Source: an uncultured delta proteobacterium (GTDB lineage: Bacteria; Myxococcota_A; Polyangia; Polyangiales; Polyangiaceae). From it: DNA of 64,000 bases. The notes below the pieces were generated by a model that saw only the letters and a program-made list of their open reading frames with translations, had not been told where the DNA came from and searched no databases. How positions within the stretch are numbered: position 1 is the first letter of the stretch; every line of letters starts with the position of its first letter. Positions 43,850 to 56,600 of the stretch are shown here, one piece after another. The stretch covers positions 130,431 to 194,430 of the forward strand of contig CAVXQJ010000001.1 of assembly GCA_963763745.1 (NCBI GenBank). Direction: 5' to 3'. The position numbers and the translations under genes were made by a program.

Positions 43850-45118
43850 GTGATGGAACCGCCGCACGATGCACTCTCCGCGTTCCGCGCGGTGCCACGC
43901 ACGGGCGTGATTTACGTCACGTCGGAGGCGACGCGTCTCGGCTTCTCGGCGTCGAATCCGGATTGGTGCAACCTCGGACAAGGCCAACCCGAGACGGGCG
44001 AGCTCGCGGGCGCGCCGCCGCGTGTGTCGCACGTCGAGATCGACGTGGACGATCAAGAGTACGCGCCCGTCGCGGGGATCCCCGAGCTCCGCGAGGCGAT
44101 CGCAAACTTGTACAATACACTTTATCGAAAGGGCCTCCGCTCGCAGTACTCGGCGGAGAACGTGTGCGTGTCGGGCGGCGGGCGCATGGCGCTCACGCGT
44201 GCCGCGGCGAGCCTCTCGCAAGTGAACCTCGGACATTTTTTGCCGGACTACACGGCGTACGAAGAGCTGCTCGACATCTTCCGCGCGTTCACGGCGATCC
44301 CGATCATGCTCGACGGCGATCGCGGCTACGCGTTTTCGCACGAGGATCTCCGCAGGGAAATCATGGGCCGCGGGCTCTCGGCGATTCTCCTCTCGAACCC
44401 GTGCAACCCGACAGGCAAAGCCGTCATGGGCGAAGAGCTCGCGCGCTGGGTCTCCGTCGCGCGCGATCTCGAGTGCTCGCTGATGCTCGACGAGTTCTAT
44501 TCGCATTACATCTACCGAACGCGTCCGGGCACGCTGCCGATCGAGAGCGCGGCGCGCTACGTCGAAGACGTCGATCGCGATCCCGTCTTGATCTTCGACG
44601 GGCTCACGAAGAACTGGCGCTACCCGGGTTGGCGCGTCACGTGGGCGCTCGGTCCGAAGAAGATCATCGAAGCGCTGACGAGCGCGGGATCGTTCCTCGA
44701 CGGCGGCGGGAGCAAGCCGCTCCAGCGCGCGGCCATCGCGCTGATGAGCGAAGAGCACGTGACGAAAGAGACGTGGGCGATTCACAACGCCTTCCGCGAC
44801 AAGCGCGACAAAGTCCTCTCGCGCCTCGAGCGGCTCGGCGTGCGCGTCGATCGCGTGCCGGATGGAACGTTCTACGTTTGGGGAAGCGTCGCGAATCTCC
44901 CGCCGAAGCTCGCCGACGGGATGAGCTTCTTCCGCGCGGCGCTCGGGAAGAAGGTCATCACCGTGCCGGGCGAGTTCTTCGACGTGAACCCCGGCAAGCG
45001 CCGGCATGCGCGCGCGTCGCGTTTTCGCGACTACGTCCGCTTTTCGTTCGGCCCGAGCGCGCCCGTCCTCGACAAGGCGCTCGATCGCTTGGAAGCCCTG
45101 ATTTCAGCCGGATCGTAG
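43850..45118 (+). CDS. PLP-dependent aminotransferase, class I/II
   Basis: Fold-type I length and pattern (NLGQGQP, VSGGGRMAL, LLSNPCNPTG, IFDGLTKNWRYPGWRVTW with the Lys-containing block). Confidence 0.75.
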   Translation: MMEPPHDALSAFRAVPRTGVIYVTSEATRLGFSASNPDWCNLGQGQPETGELAGAPPRVSHVEIDVDDQEYAPVAGIPELREAIANLYNTLYRKGLRSQYSAENVCVSGGGRMALTRAAASLSQVNLGHFLPDYTAYEELLDIFRAFTAIPIMLDGDRGYAFSHEDLRREIMGRGLSAILLSNPCNPTGKAVMGEELARWVSVARDLECSLMLDEFYSHYIYRTRPGTLPIESAARYVEDVDRDPVLIFDGLTKNWRYPGWRVTWALGPKKIIEALTSAGSFLDGGGSKPLQRAAIALMSEEHVTKETWAIHNAFRDKRDKVLSRLERLGVRVDRVPDGTFYVWGSVANLPPKLADGMSFFRAALGKKVITVPGEFFDVNPGKRRHARASRFRDYVRFSFGPSAPVLDKALDRLEALISAGS

Positions 45119-45163
45119 CGTTTGAAATAAACGGGCAGGGTCGGACGAAGCATTCGGGAGAGA

Positions 45164-45769
45164 ATGCTCGGCGCCGTCTTCTTTGCTTCGCCTCCGCCAC
45201 GCGGCAACATCGGTGCGATGACCGCAGCGGCGATGACCGTCGAAGCGTTTTCGCGCGAGGCCGCCGAGCTTCGTCCGCTGCTTCGCGCCGTCGCTGCGTC
45301 CGTGCTCCACGTGGGACCGGAGCATCCCGACGTGGACGACGCCGTCAGCGAGACGATGCGGCGCGCGATCGAAGGGCGCACGCGCGTCCGCGACGGCGAG
45401 CCGCTCCGCGCGTGGATCGTCGGCATCGTGAAGCACGTCGCGCTCGACGCCGCGCGCAGCCGAACGCGCGCGCTGAAGCGTCAAGCGGCGCCCGCACCCG
45501 AAGACTCGGCGCGCGATCTCGCCGATCGCATCCCCGACTCGAAGCCTTCGCCGTTCGAGCGCGCATCTCGCACGCAAGAGATCGCGAGACTCCGCACCGC
45601 GCTCGGCGCGCTCCCGGAGAAACACCGCGAGGCGGTCGAGCTCTTCTTCATCGAGGGCATGTCGTACGTCGACATCGGCAAGAAGCTCGGCGTGCCGATG
45701 GGCACGGTGGCGACGTGGATTCTTCGCGGGCGCAAGGCGCTCGCGGCGAGCTTGGAGAGAGACGCATGA
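45164..45769 (+). CDS. ECF-family RNA polymerase sigma-70 factor
   Basis: Region 2 (LRAWIVGIVKHVALDAAR) and region 4 HTH (FFIEGMSYVDIGKKLGVPMGTVATWILRGRKAL); the true start may be the internal Met near 45218. Confidence 0.8.
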   Translation: MLGAVFFASPPPRGNIGAMTAAAMTVEAFSREAAELRPLLRAVAASVLHVGPEHPDVDDAVSETMRRAIEGRTRVRDGEPLRAWIVGIVKHVALDAARSRTRALKRQAAPAPEDSARDLADRIPDSKPSPFERASRTQEIARLRTALGALPEKHREAVELFFIEGMSYVDIGKKLGVPMGTVATWILRGRKALAASLERDA

Positions 45770-46284
45770 ACGACGAAACCGAGAGGCTCTCCGAAGCCGA
45801 GACATGGAGCGGCGATCACTTGAGCGACGTGGCACTCTCGTGCCTCGCGGACGCGCAAGACGTGATCGATCCCGTCGCGCGCGTTCACGCGGAATCGTGT
45901 GCAGAATGCATGTTTCGCCTCGGCGCGATGGCGCTCGAGTCGCACGACGTCGGCGTTGCGCTGCGCGTGGCGAAGCAAATCGAAGCGCGCGAAGCCGCAC
46001 CGAAGACCGTGCATCGCTTCCCGACTCTCCTCGTCGCGGCCGCGGCGCTCGTCGCCGCGGTGTGCAGCGGCCCCGCGCTCGTCGATTCGCTCCCGCGCGC
46101 GATCGCGTGGGCGTTCGCTGCACCGCGCATGGTCCCCGCGGTCACGACGTCGCTCGTCGCCGTCGCGAAGAGCTTCTCGTCCGGATCGAGCGGCGCCGCC
46201 GCGTCCGTCGTCGCCACGTTCACGCTCGCGCTCATCGGCTTCGCGATCGCGCGCTTCTCACGTTCGTATGGAGTCAGATCATGA
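45766..46284 (+). CDS. anti-sigma factor (zf-HC2-like with a C-terminal TM segment)
   Basis: ATGA overlap with the sigma stop; HAESCAECM zinc-finger-like motif; a hydrophobic helix LLVAAAALVAAVC. Confidence 0.6.
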   Translation: MNDETERLSEAETWSGDHLSDVALSCLADAQDVIDPVARVHAESCAECMFRLGAMALESHDVGVALRVAKQIEAREAAPKTVHRFPTLLVAAAALVAAVCSGPALVDSLPRAIAWAFAAPRMVPAVTTSLVAVAKSFSSGSSGAAASVVATFTLALIGFAIARFSRSYGVRS

Positions 46285-47555
46285 AGTGGTTTGCATGCGC
46301 TGCGCTGTGCGGCATCGGTCTCGTCTCGAGCGTCGCGCTGGCGCAAGTTCGCCACGAAGGCGAGTGGCCCGTCGAGCTGAAGCACGTCTCGATCGAAGCG
46401 ACGCACGTCACGCACACCGAAGCCGTCACGCGGCTCGCGAAGGAAGCGGGCTGGAGCATCGCGCTCCGCGACATCGACGACACGAAGGCGATGGACCTCC
46501 ACCTGAACGACGTGCCCGCCGACAAAGCGCTCGACGTGATCCTCGGCGATGGAGAGTTCGTCGCGAAGCGCGACGGCACGATCATCACGATCAGCGGCGT
46601 CCCCAAGAAGGTTCCCGGACAAGTCGGCGGATTCTTCCCGCCCGATGCGCCGCAAGCCTCGGCGTCCGCGGTGTCGACGATTCCGCCGATGGCGACGATG
46701 CGCGGCGAGGATCGTCTCGTGCGCGGCGGCGATCTCGTCATCGCCGCGGACGAAACGGTTCACGACGTCACCATCTTCGGCGGATCGGTCTCGATTTACG
46801 GAACCGCGACGGGCAACGTCACGGTGATGGGCGGAAGCGCGTACGTGAAGAAAGGCGCGCACGTCGTCGGCAGCGCGACGGCGATCGGAGGATCGATCGA
46901 CGTGGACGACGGCGCGCAGATCGACGGCGACGTTGGCGTCGTCGGTGGCTCGCTCGACCGGCACAAGGGCGCGAAGATCGGCGGCGCGATCCACAAGAAC
47001 GACGACGTACGCATCGGCAATTCATCGTCGTCGTCGCACGGGATCTTGCGAGAGGTGAGCGACGCGACGACGCGCGCGGCGATGCTCTTCGTGTTCGGCG
47101 CGGTGCTCTTCGCGCTCGCGGGCAACAAGATGAACGCGCTTCGCGTCGAAGCGGCGTCACGCCCGATGCGCGCGTTCGCGCTCGGCATCGTCGGCGGGCT
47201 CGTCGGGCTCGTCATCATCGCGATCGTCGCGATCACCGTGATCGGCATTCCGGTCGCGGTCGTTCTCGTGCTCGGCGCGGTCTTCGCGAGCTACGCGGGC
47301 ATCTGCGCCGTGCTCGCGACGGTCGGAAAGGCGCTCGTCGGTCACAAGAGCGACAACCCGCACGTTCACTTGCTCGTCGGTTGTCTCCTCTTTCTCGTGA
47401 GCGGAGCGATCCCCATCGTGAACGGGCTCGTCACGCTTGCGGTCGTCCTGACGGGAATCGGCGTGATCGTCGCGACGCGAGCGGCAGGCACGGTCGGGCG
47501 CGCGCCGAATTCAGGCTCGTTCGGCCCGTATCGAGCGGACGCCACAACCGCATGA
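46281..47555 (+). CDS. secreted/membrane protein with an STN-like domain, a bactofilin-like beta-helical repeat region and C-terminal TM helices
   Basis: Signal MKWFACAALCGIGLVSSVALA; an STN-like segment; GNVTVMGGSAYVKKGAHVVGSATAIGGSIDVDDGAQIDGDVGVVGGSL repeats; three C-terminal TM helices. ATGA overlap with the anti-sigma stop. Confidence 0.5.
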   Translation: MKWFACAALCGIGLVSSVALAQVRHEGEWPVELKHVSIEATHVTHTEAVTRLAKEAGWSIALRDIDDTKAMDLHLNDVPADKALDVILGDGEFVAKRDGTIITISGVPKKVPGQVGGFFPPDAPQASASAVSTIPPMATMRGEDRLVRGGDLVIAADETVHDVTIFGGSVSIYGTATGNVTVMGGSAYVKKGAHVVGSATAIGGSIDVDDGAQIDGDVGVVGGSLDRHKGAKIGGAIHKNDDVRIGNSSSSSHGILREVSDATTRAAMLFVFGAVLFALAGNKMNALRVEAASRPMRAFALGIVGGLVGLVIIAIVAITVIGIPVAVVLVLGAVFASYAGICAVLATVGKALVGHKSDNPHVHLLVGCLLFLVSGAIPIVNGLVTLAVVLTGIGVIVATRAAGTVGRAPNSGSFGPYRADATTA

Positions 47556-47618
47556 GCACTGAACGGTAGACCAGATCGCGGAAAGCGTGGGGGTTGATAC
47601 CCTCGCCATTCCGCGATC

Positions 47619-50600
47619 ATGTCCGACAACACCCGATCCCGATCAGCAGGCTTGTCTGCGGTCATCGAAGCTCTCGAGCAACGGCTCGAGAACGAAGGTG
47701 AAGTCCTCGACGCGTTCTTGCTCGCGCTCGCGCGCAATCAACTCCCGAAAGAAGCGTGGCCGAAGCTCTATCAAGCCGCGCAGCGCGACGATCGCATCAC
47801 CGAGCTCGCGTTCGCATTCGAAGGCCTCGCGGGCGATCGCAAGCTCCGTACGCTGCAAGCGGGCGTGGTCGCGGAGTTCATGTATCAGTCGTCGATTTTC
47901 TTCGCCGACGTGATGGGCGATGACGTCGGCGCGGCGAGCTATCTCGATCGAGCGATGACGGCGATGCCGACGCACGCGGGATCGATCGCGCGCTTCGAAG
48001 AGAAGCTCACGCAGGCAGGCGATTTCCGGAAGCTCGGCGAGTTTTATTTCGACATGGCGCAACACCGCGCGCGCGCGGAGCAGGCGCCGGCGCTCAGAAA
48101 AGCGGCGGAGGCGTTCGAGAAGGCCGACGCGGGCGACAGGCTCGCGGACGTGCTCGCGATGCTCGTGCGCGTCGATCCCAAAGACGAAGAAGCACGCGCG
48201 AAGCTCGAAGGCGCGCTGCTCAACGCGAACAGGCCGCGCGACGTCGCGAAGATGCTCGAGCAAGCGCTCGCAGCGGACGCGTCGCTCGCGGACGACGTCG
48301 CGTTCGCGCATCGAACGAAGCTCCTCGCTTTGTACGACGAGACGGGCGAAGTGGAGCGCGCTCTGCCGCACGTCGAGTGGCTGCTCGGGCGCGCGCCCGG
48401 GCACGAAGGCGCGAAGAGCATCGGCATGCGCTTGCTCGAAGTGAAAGCGGCCGCGCAGCGTGTGGCATCGGCGCTCGCGAGCGCGGCGGAGAAGGAGCAG
48501 GCGTGGGGCGACGCGATTCGCTTCTACACGATCGAGCTCGAGCACGCGCGCGGCGCGCGACGCTTCGGTCCATTGCGCGCGCTCGCAGGGCTTCGTCACG
48601 ATCACGCCGACGATCTCCCGGGAGCATACGAAGCCGCGGAACAAGCGATTCAAATCGATCCGTCGGACAGCGACTTGCTCGATCGATACGTCGCGCTCAC
48701 GCGCGGGCTCGGCAAGCACGAAGCGGCGCAGAAAACGCTGCAGCGCCTCGTGAGCTTGACGAAAGATCCGGCGGCGCGCGCGCGTCTCTCCGCGGAGATC
48801 GGCGAGCTCCTGCTCGCGACGGGCGACGTCAAGCGAGCGCGCGCTGCGTTTTCGAGCGCGCTCACCGTTCCTGGCGCGCCGCCCACCGCGCTCCTTCCGG
48901 CGATGCACGCGCTCGCGCGTCTCTACGCGGAAGACGAAGACCACGTGTCGCTCGCGGAGATGCTCGAGCGAATCATCCACACGGAGACCGACGTCGTCAG
49001 GCGGCAACAGGCTGCGGAGCAACTCGCGGAGCTCGCGTCGGGCGCGCTCAAGGATCCGGCGCGCGCCGTCGCCGCGTATCGCGGGCTGCTCGACACACCA
49101 GCGCGCGCGCGCGCGCTCGCCGCGCTGGAACCGCTGCTCTCCGACCTCGGTGATGCGCTCGGGCTCGCGGAAGTGCTCCGCGCGCGCGCCGCGGACGCGC
49201 CGACGCGCGAAGAGAAGCGCGAACTGCTCGTGCGCGCCGCGGACCAGATCACCGAGGCGTCGGGTAATCATGCGGCCGCGTCGCAAGCGTGGAGCGAGAT
49301 CATCGAAGAGTTCGGCGCGACGAACGAGCTCCTCACGCGATGGATCCCGCTGCTCGAGCTCGAACGAGATTTCGCGAAGCTCGCTTCGGCGTACGACTCG
49401 CTCGCGAAGCTCCAGCACGGCGCGGACAAAGTCGGCACGCTCGGGCGCCTCGGTCTCTTGAAGATGCAGTGGCTCGGAGATGCGCCGGGCGCGGTGGAAG
49501 CGTTCGGCGCGGCGCTCGCGCTGGATCCGCACGACACGCTGTCGCGCGAGTCGATGGAGCAACTGCTCGACGCGACCGACACGGCGACCGCGCTCGCGGC
49601 AGCCGACGTGCTCGACCCAATCTATCGCGCGGAGGGTGCGCGTTCGGGAATGCTTCGCGTCCTCCTCGCGCGCGCGCAAGGCGCGAGCGACGCGGCGGTG
49701 CGCATGCAGGCGCTTTCGGATGCGGTGACGCTCGCCGAGCACTTGCCGAACGAACGCGCGCGCGTCCTCGGGCTCGTCAAGACTGCTCTCACGCACGCGC
49801 TCGACGAGGCGACGCCCGTCGCGCCGTGGATTGCGGCGCTCGATCGACTCTCTCCAGGCGAAGGCGGGGCGAACGCGCGCGCGGACGTGCTCGCGCTCGC
49901 GTTCGGCGATCGCGCCGTGTCGAACGACGATTTGCTTCTCGTCGCGCAGCGCCTCGGTGACGCGGCGATGAGCGCGGGCGATCGCGCGCGCGCTCTCGAA
50001 GCGTACAAACGCGCGCTCGATTACGCGCCGTCGTCGCCCGAGCTCATGGCGGGCGTGGATTTGCTGCTGCGCGAACAAGGCACGCCGCACGATCGCATGC
50101 GCCTCTATCGCGCGGCGCTCGCGAAGGAAACACAACCGGACAAGCGGCGAGGCCTACACCTCGCGATCGCGAACCTGCAACGCAAAGACTTGGGCGACGC
50201 GGGCGGCGCGATGGAGACGCTTCGCGCGAGCATCGCCGAGGGCGTGGACGACGCGACGGAAGACGCGCTCTACGATCTCTATTGCGAGGCTGGCGCGTTC
50301 GCCGATGCGTGCGCGCTCCTCGAGCAGCGGCTCCCGCGGACGCCGCCCGGCGAAGACGAGCGCCTCTTGCGTGCGCGGCTCGCGCGGCTCGCGTCGGATC
50401 ACGGGTTGCGCGAACGCGCCGTCGTGCACGCACGCGCTCTCGCCGAGGATGCGTTCGCGACGAACGCGGACCTCGATCTCGTCGAGCAAGTCGCGGAGCG
50501 CGCCGACGATCGCGATTTGCTCGTCGCCGCGTCGACGAAGCGCGTCGAGCTCGCCGAGTCGCCCGACGACAAAGTGTTCTGGTTCACGCGCCTCGGCACG

Positions 50601-53600
50601 CTCCACACCGAGCGCGGTGATGCGGCGAGCGCAGCAGCCGCGTGGCGCGACGGTGCGCTCGTCGCGGAGCAGATGGACGACAAGAAGACCGCGCGAAAGC
50701 TCTACGAGCGAATTCGTCGCGGCGCTCCATTCGATCGAACCGCAACCGAGCGGCTCGCCGGGCTCCTCGAATCGAGCGGCGAGTGGGGATCGCTCCCCGA
50801 GCTCTACGCGGCGCTCGTCGAGTCGGCCGGAAGCGCGATGGAGCGCAAGGACGCGCTCCTCAAGCTCGCCGATGTGCTTCGCACGCGGATGAACGACGCG
50901 CCCGGCGCGTTCGATGCCGCGGCGCGCGCGTTCCTCGAAGCGCCGAACGACGCTGAAGCGCTCGCGAAGCTCGTCGAGCTCGGCGTCGCCGCCGACGCAA
51001 CGAGCGCACTGACGCGCACGCTCGACAACGCGCTCGCGAGCGACGCAGGTCGCGATCCCACGCTGCGCGCTCGGCTCATCGCCGCGAAAGCGGAGCTGCT
51101 CGCGCAAGACGACGCCACCGCGGACGAAGCGCGCGGTCTCTTGCGCGGCGTCCTCGATGATCCCTTCTCGGACGCGGGCACGAAGGATCGCGCGGCGAAG
51201 CGCTTCGAAGCGCTGCTCGAGAAGCGCGACGCGCGCGGCGAAGCGGACGCATGGCGATGGCTTCTCTCGTGGCGTGCGCAGCGCGAGACGGGCGCGGCGC
51301 GCGCGAGCGCGTTCGGTCGATGGGCGAAGCTCGAAGAAGAGAAGCTCGGCGGCGATCTCGGACGCGCAATCGATTTGTGGAAGCAGGCAGCCGAAGCGGA
51401 TCCCGCGAGCGCGGAAGCCCACGCGGAAATCGCACGCTTGATGATCGCGAGCGGAGACGTCGACGGCGCGCTCGGAACGCTGCGCGTCAGGCTCGCCGCG
51501 TCCGAAGGCGAAGCAGCCTCGCGATTGCGCGCGGAGATCGCGGCGCTCCTCGCGTCGATTCCGGGACGCCAAGAAGAAGCGATGGGCGAGCTCCGCAGCG
51601 CGCTCTCCGCGAAGCCCGACGACGAAGCGGCGCTTCGCGTGCTCGTGCGTTTGCTCGCCCATCCCGAAATCGGCGCGGAGGCTTCGGGTCTCCTCGAGGG
51701 GTCGCTCGAGAGCGCGGACCCCGCGGCGCGAAAACGCGTGCTCGCCGCGCTCGTCTCGAGCGCGACGGATGCGCCCGTGGAGCGGCGTCGCGCGTGGCAC
51801 ACGAAGCTGCTCGATCTCGCGGTGTCGCAAGACGAGGCGTATGGCGTCCTCTTGCGCGCGCTCGCCGAGCTTCCGGCGGAGCTCGTGTGGTGGGATCGCG
51901 CGGAGCAACTCGCGCGTGCTCTCGACAGGCCACAAGAGCTCTCCGACTTGTATCAAGCGGCGATCGCGAAACCGCTTCCGACGGAAGACGCGCTCGAGCT
52001 CGGCCAGCGCGCCGTCGCGTTCCACGAAGAGTGGTTCGACGACGCGCAGGCCGTCGTTCGCATCCTCGAGCGCATGCTGGATCTCGATCCGGGCGGGTGG
52101 GCGTTCGATCGACTGAAGCTCCTCTTCGACTCGCAGGAGCGATGGGACGATCTCTTCGCGCTCTACGATCGCATCGCTCGCGGGCGACGTCGACACGACG
52201 CGCCGGATCGGAGCTCCTCGAGGACGCCGCGCAGATCGCGAAAGACTTCGCGAAGCACGCGGAGCGCGCGGTCGGGTATCTCGAGCAGCTCCTCGCACTC
52301 AAGCCGAAGAACGCGCGCTTGCTCGCGTCGCTCGAGCGCCTCTACGAGCGCCACGGAAGGCACCGCGAGCTCATCGGGCTCCTCGGCGCGCAGCTCCGGC
52401 GGCACGACCGCGGAAGACGCAGGAGACGCGCATGCGCATGGCGACGCTCTGGCTCGACGAGCTCGGCGACGCGGGCTCCGCGCTCCTCGTCGTCGAAGAG
52501 ATGATCGCACGCGAGCCGGACACGCCGCGCCGATCGACGTCGCTCGGCGCTGCTCGAGCGCGTCCTCGCCGCGGCGCCCGCCGGCGCGGAGATGAAGAAG
52601 ACGCTGCCGCCGACGTCGACCTCGCCGGTCGCGAGCGCGTCGCGGCCGCGCACGAGAGCGTGATTCGCCCGCCGCGCGCTTCGTCCGCCGCGCGGGTCGC
52701 GTGCCGCCGCCGGGCGGAAAGGGCGCGAAGCGCATGCTCGTCAGCCAGCGCGCGGCCGTCGCTTCTTCAAGAGAGCGTTACGCGGAGCTGGCGCGCGACG
52801 CGGATCTCGCGCGCATGCTCGAGGTCGAGCTCGAGGCGGTGAAGAGCGCGAAGGAGCGCATTCGCCGCCACGCCAAATCGCGAAGCTCACGAGCAGCTCG
52901 GCAACGACGCGCGGCGCTCGAGCACTGCGTCGCGCTCGTCATGCTCGATCCCGACGCGACGACGCATCGCGAGCAGCTCTCGCGAATCGCCGAGAAGGTG
53001 GGGCGCTTCGATCGGCTCGCCGAGGTGCTCGCGGCCGCGGCCGACGACTGCACAGGCGACGAGCTGCGCGTCGATTGCTCATGCACGCGGCCGCCGTGCA
53101 CGCGGACGACTTGAACGAGCGCGACGCGCGCGATCGACCTGCTTTTCCGCGTGCTGCTCGTGTCGCCGATCGCGCAGGCGTCGCTCCTCGCGCGCGTGCC
53201 GCCGCATCGATCCGCTCCTCGCGACGCCGGGCGCAAAGCGCGAGCGCCTCGACGTGCTCGAGCGCCTCGCGACGCTCGAGCACGAGCCGCGGAGGGCGCA
53301 AAGCGGGTGCTCGGCGCAGCGGCGCGCCTCGCGGCCGAGATCGGCGAGACCGATCGAGCAATCGCGGCGTGGGAAGCGCGCTCGCACGATGATCCGCACC
53401 GACACCGAAGCGCTCGACGGCCTCGTCGAATCCTGCTCGGCAAGGCAAGCGCTGGCGGCGCTCGTCGACGCGCTCCTGCGCAAGCGCGCCAGGCGAGCCG
53501 AAGGCGGCGCGAGCGCGCGCCGACCGCGTGCGGGTCGCGCGCATCTTGTCGAGCGAGCTCGGCGAGCCGCGGACGAAGCGATCGACGTCGTGGCGCGACC

Positions 53601-56600
53601 GTGCGAAGGCGAGTTCGGCGAGGCCGACGACGAGCAAGCGCGCGCTCGTCGAGCTCTACAAGGGCTGGAGCAAGTGGAAGGATCTCGCCGCGATGCTCGA
53701 GCGCGCCGCGGAGCGCACGAAGATCGCGAAGAGCGAGCGCCGCGCTGCTCCGCGAGCTCGGCGACGTGCAGCGCGAGAAGCTCGACGAGCCGAAGGCGCG
53801 ATCGAGAGCTACGCGCGCAGCGCTCGACGCCGAATCCGGGTGACGCGCGCGCGATCGCCGGGCTTGACCGCGCTGCTCGACATCGAGAAGGCCGCGCGCA
53901 AGGCGCTCGACGTGCTCTTGCGCGATACGCGTCGGGCGATGCGTGGGCCGCGATCGTGGCGCTCTTGCCGCAGCGACTGCGCCTCGCGAGCAGCGACGAG
54001 GAGCGCGTCGAGACCCTGCTCGAGACTGCGGACTTGTTCGAGCGCCGCGCGAGCGACATCGAAGCGGCGTTCCACGCGGCGCGCGAAGCGTTCACGATCG
54101 CGCGCGGCAAATCCGAGGTCGCCGAGATCGCGGAAGGCTCGCCGAAGCAGCACACGCGGCGGGAACGCCCGATGCGTATCGCGCGTTCGCGGACGCGCAG
54201 CGTGGTCGTGCTCGACGCGCTCGAGGGCACGCGCGGCAACGATCCGAACGTGCTCCGCCTCCGCACGAAGCTCGGCACGATGCTCGAGACGTACCTCGAC
54301 GATGCGCGCGGCGCATTGTTGCAATATACACGCGTCGCGAAGGACGACGTGACCGAGGCGGACGCGGCGCTCTCCGTGATTCGCGTCGCCGGGCGCGTGA
54401 GCCGATGGGACGCGGCTGCGAAGATCGTTCTCGAATCGTGCGGCGGTCGAGGGCGCGCCGAACGAGACGCTCGTTCATGCGCTCGAAGACGCGGCGTCGG
54501 CGCACGCCGGTTGGGACGCGCTCACCGCGGCGTTCGAAGCGTCGGTCGCGGAGCACGGGTCGATTTGCTGCGGAGGCGGCGCGCGATCTCGAAGCGCGCC
54601 TTGCGACGTGGCATCGCGATCGTCGCGCGGACGCGGAGGCCGCGGAGGCCGCGTATGCGCGCGCGCTCACGCACGACGCGAACGACACGCGCCTCTTGTC
54701 TCAGCTCGCGCAGCTCCAGCGGCGTCATCGCGGTCGTCCGCTCATCGAGAGCTTGCTGAGGCTCTCGCAAGCGACGGGTGGCGATCCGGAGCTCTTGCGC
54801 GAAGCGGCGGAGGTCGCGGGGCGCGTCGTCGTCGATCGCAGTCTCGCGAAGACGATCCTCGAGCGCCTGATGAAGCTCTCCTCGGAGCGGTGGACCGCGA
54901 GCGAAGAACATCCGCCGAGCACGGTGTCGCCCGACAAAGACAAGACGCTCGGTGATGCGGATGGCGCGCCGAGCGTCGGACAGGCAGCGCACCCGAGCGA
55001 GCACGTCGAGTGGGCGCTGGCGGAGCTCCTTCGCGTGCACAACGAGGAAGGAAACGCGGAGCGCATCGTCGAGCTGCTCGAAGAGTCGGCGAAGCTTCCG
55101 TTCACGCGCGCGCGCACGCGCGAGATTTTGCACGAGGCCGGGCGCACCGCGCTCGATCGCGTCGGCGATGCTCGCGCCGCGCAAAGGCTCTACGCGCGCC
55201 TCTTCGACGAAGATCCGCGCGACGAAGAAGCCGCGTCACGCCTCGCCGAAGTGTACGCGTCGCTCGGACGCAAAGAAGATTTGCTCGCGGTGCGCAAGCG
55301 CCAGGTCAGCGTCGCGGAGAGCGCGACGGCGCGCGTCGAGCATCGCCTCGAAGCGGCGCTCATCGAACGCGAGCTCGGCCACGTCGACGAAGCCGCTGCG
55401 ATCTTGCGCGAGAATCTCATCGATGCGCCAAGGCATCCGAAGACGACGCTCGTTCTTTCGGAGACGCTCGAGAGCGCTGGACGCTGGGACGAGCTCGCGG
55501 CGTTCTGCGCGGAGCAAGCGGGTCTCGCCGAGGCCGACGGCGACGCGCTCTCGGCGGTCGAGCTGTGGTCGCGCGCGGCGGTCATCTCGGAGGAGAAGCT
55601 CCAGCATTTCCCGCTCGCGCTCTCGCACTACAAACGCGCGCTCGCGCTCGAGCTTCGCGCGCCGCTGCTCGATGCGATCGCGCGCATTCACGAGCATCAA
55701 AAAGAGTGGCTCGACGCGGCGACGCACCTCGACCGCCTCGTGCGCGAATTCCCCGAGCAGCGCCCGGCGGTGATCATTCGACTCGCGGACGCGTTCACGA
55801 ACGCATCGCGCGACGACGCAGCGCAAGAGCGACTCGAGGCGGCGCTGGGCGATCCGAGCGCGCCGGCCGAAGTCCCGTCGCGGCTCGCGGCGATTTACCG
55901 GCGCACGCAGCAGTTCGCACCGCTCGGCGAGCTCATTGCGCGGCAAGCGGAGGCCGCGAAGACGCCGGACGAACAGCGCACGTCGCTCGTCGAGGCAGCG
56001 GAGATTTTCCTCGGACGCTGCGCGCAGCCCGATCGCGCGGTGCCGCTGCTCGAGCAAGCATCCGCGCTCGCGCCAGAGGATCGCGTGCTCAAGCTTCGAC
56101 TCGCCGAGGCGCTGCAAGACGCGGGTCGCGCGGATCAAGCGCGCGCGCTCTTGCGCGACATGATCGACGGCTTCGCGGGCCGACGTCCGAAGGAGCGCGC
56201 GACGGTTCACTTCCACCTCGCGCGATTGCACCTTCGCATCAGCGAACGCGCGCAAGCGCTCGCGGAGCTCGAAGCGGCGACGCGCATCGACCCGGCGAAC
56301 CCGGAGATTCTGCGCATGGTCGCGGAGCTCGCGCGCGACGATGGTCAGCTAGACAAAGCGGAGCGTTCGTATCGCGCGCTCCTCGCGGTGGTGCGTCGCG
56401 CCGATGACGACGCGCCCGTCTTGCGAACGGAGGTCCTCGTCGAGCTCAGCGCGCTCGCGGAGCGACAAGGCGAGCCGGAGCGCGCGTCCGAGATCCTCGA
56501 GTCGGCGTTCGAGACGGCGACGACGTCCGAGGCGGAAGCGAAGCGACTCGAGAAAGCGCTCCGCGCGCGCGGCAACATGCAAGGCCTCTTGCGGTCGCTC

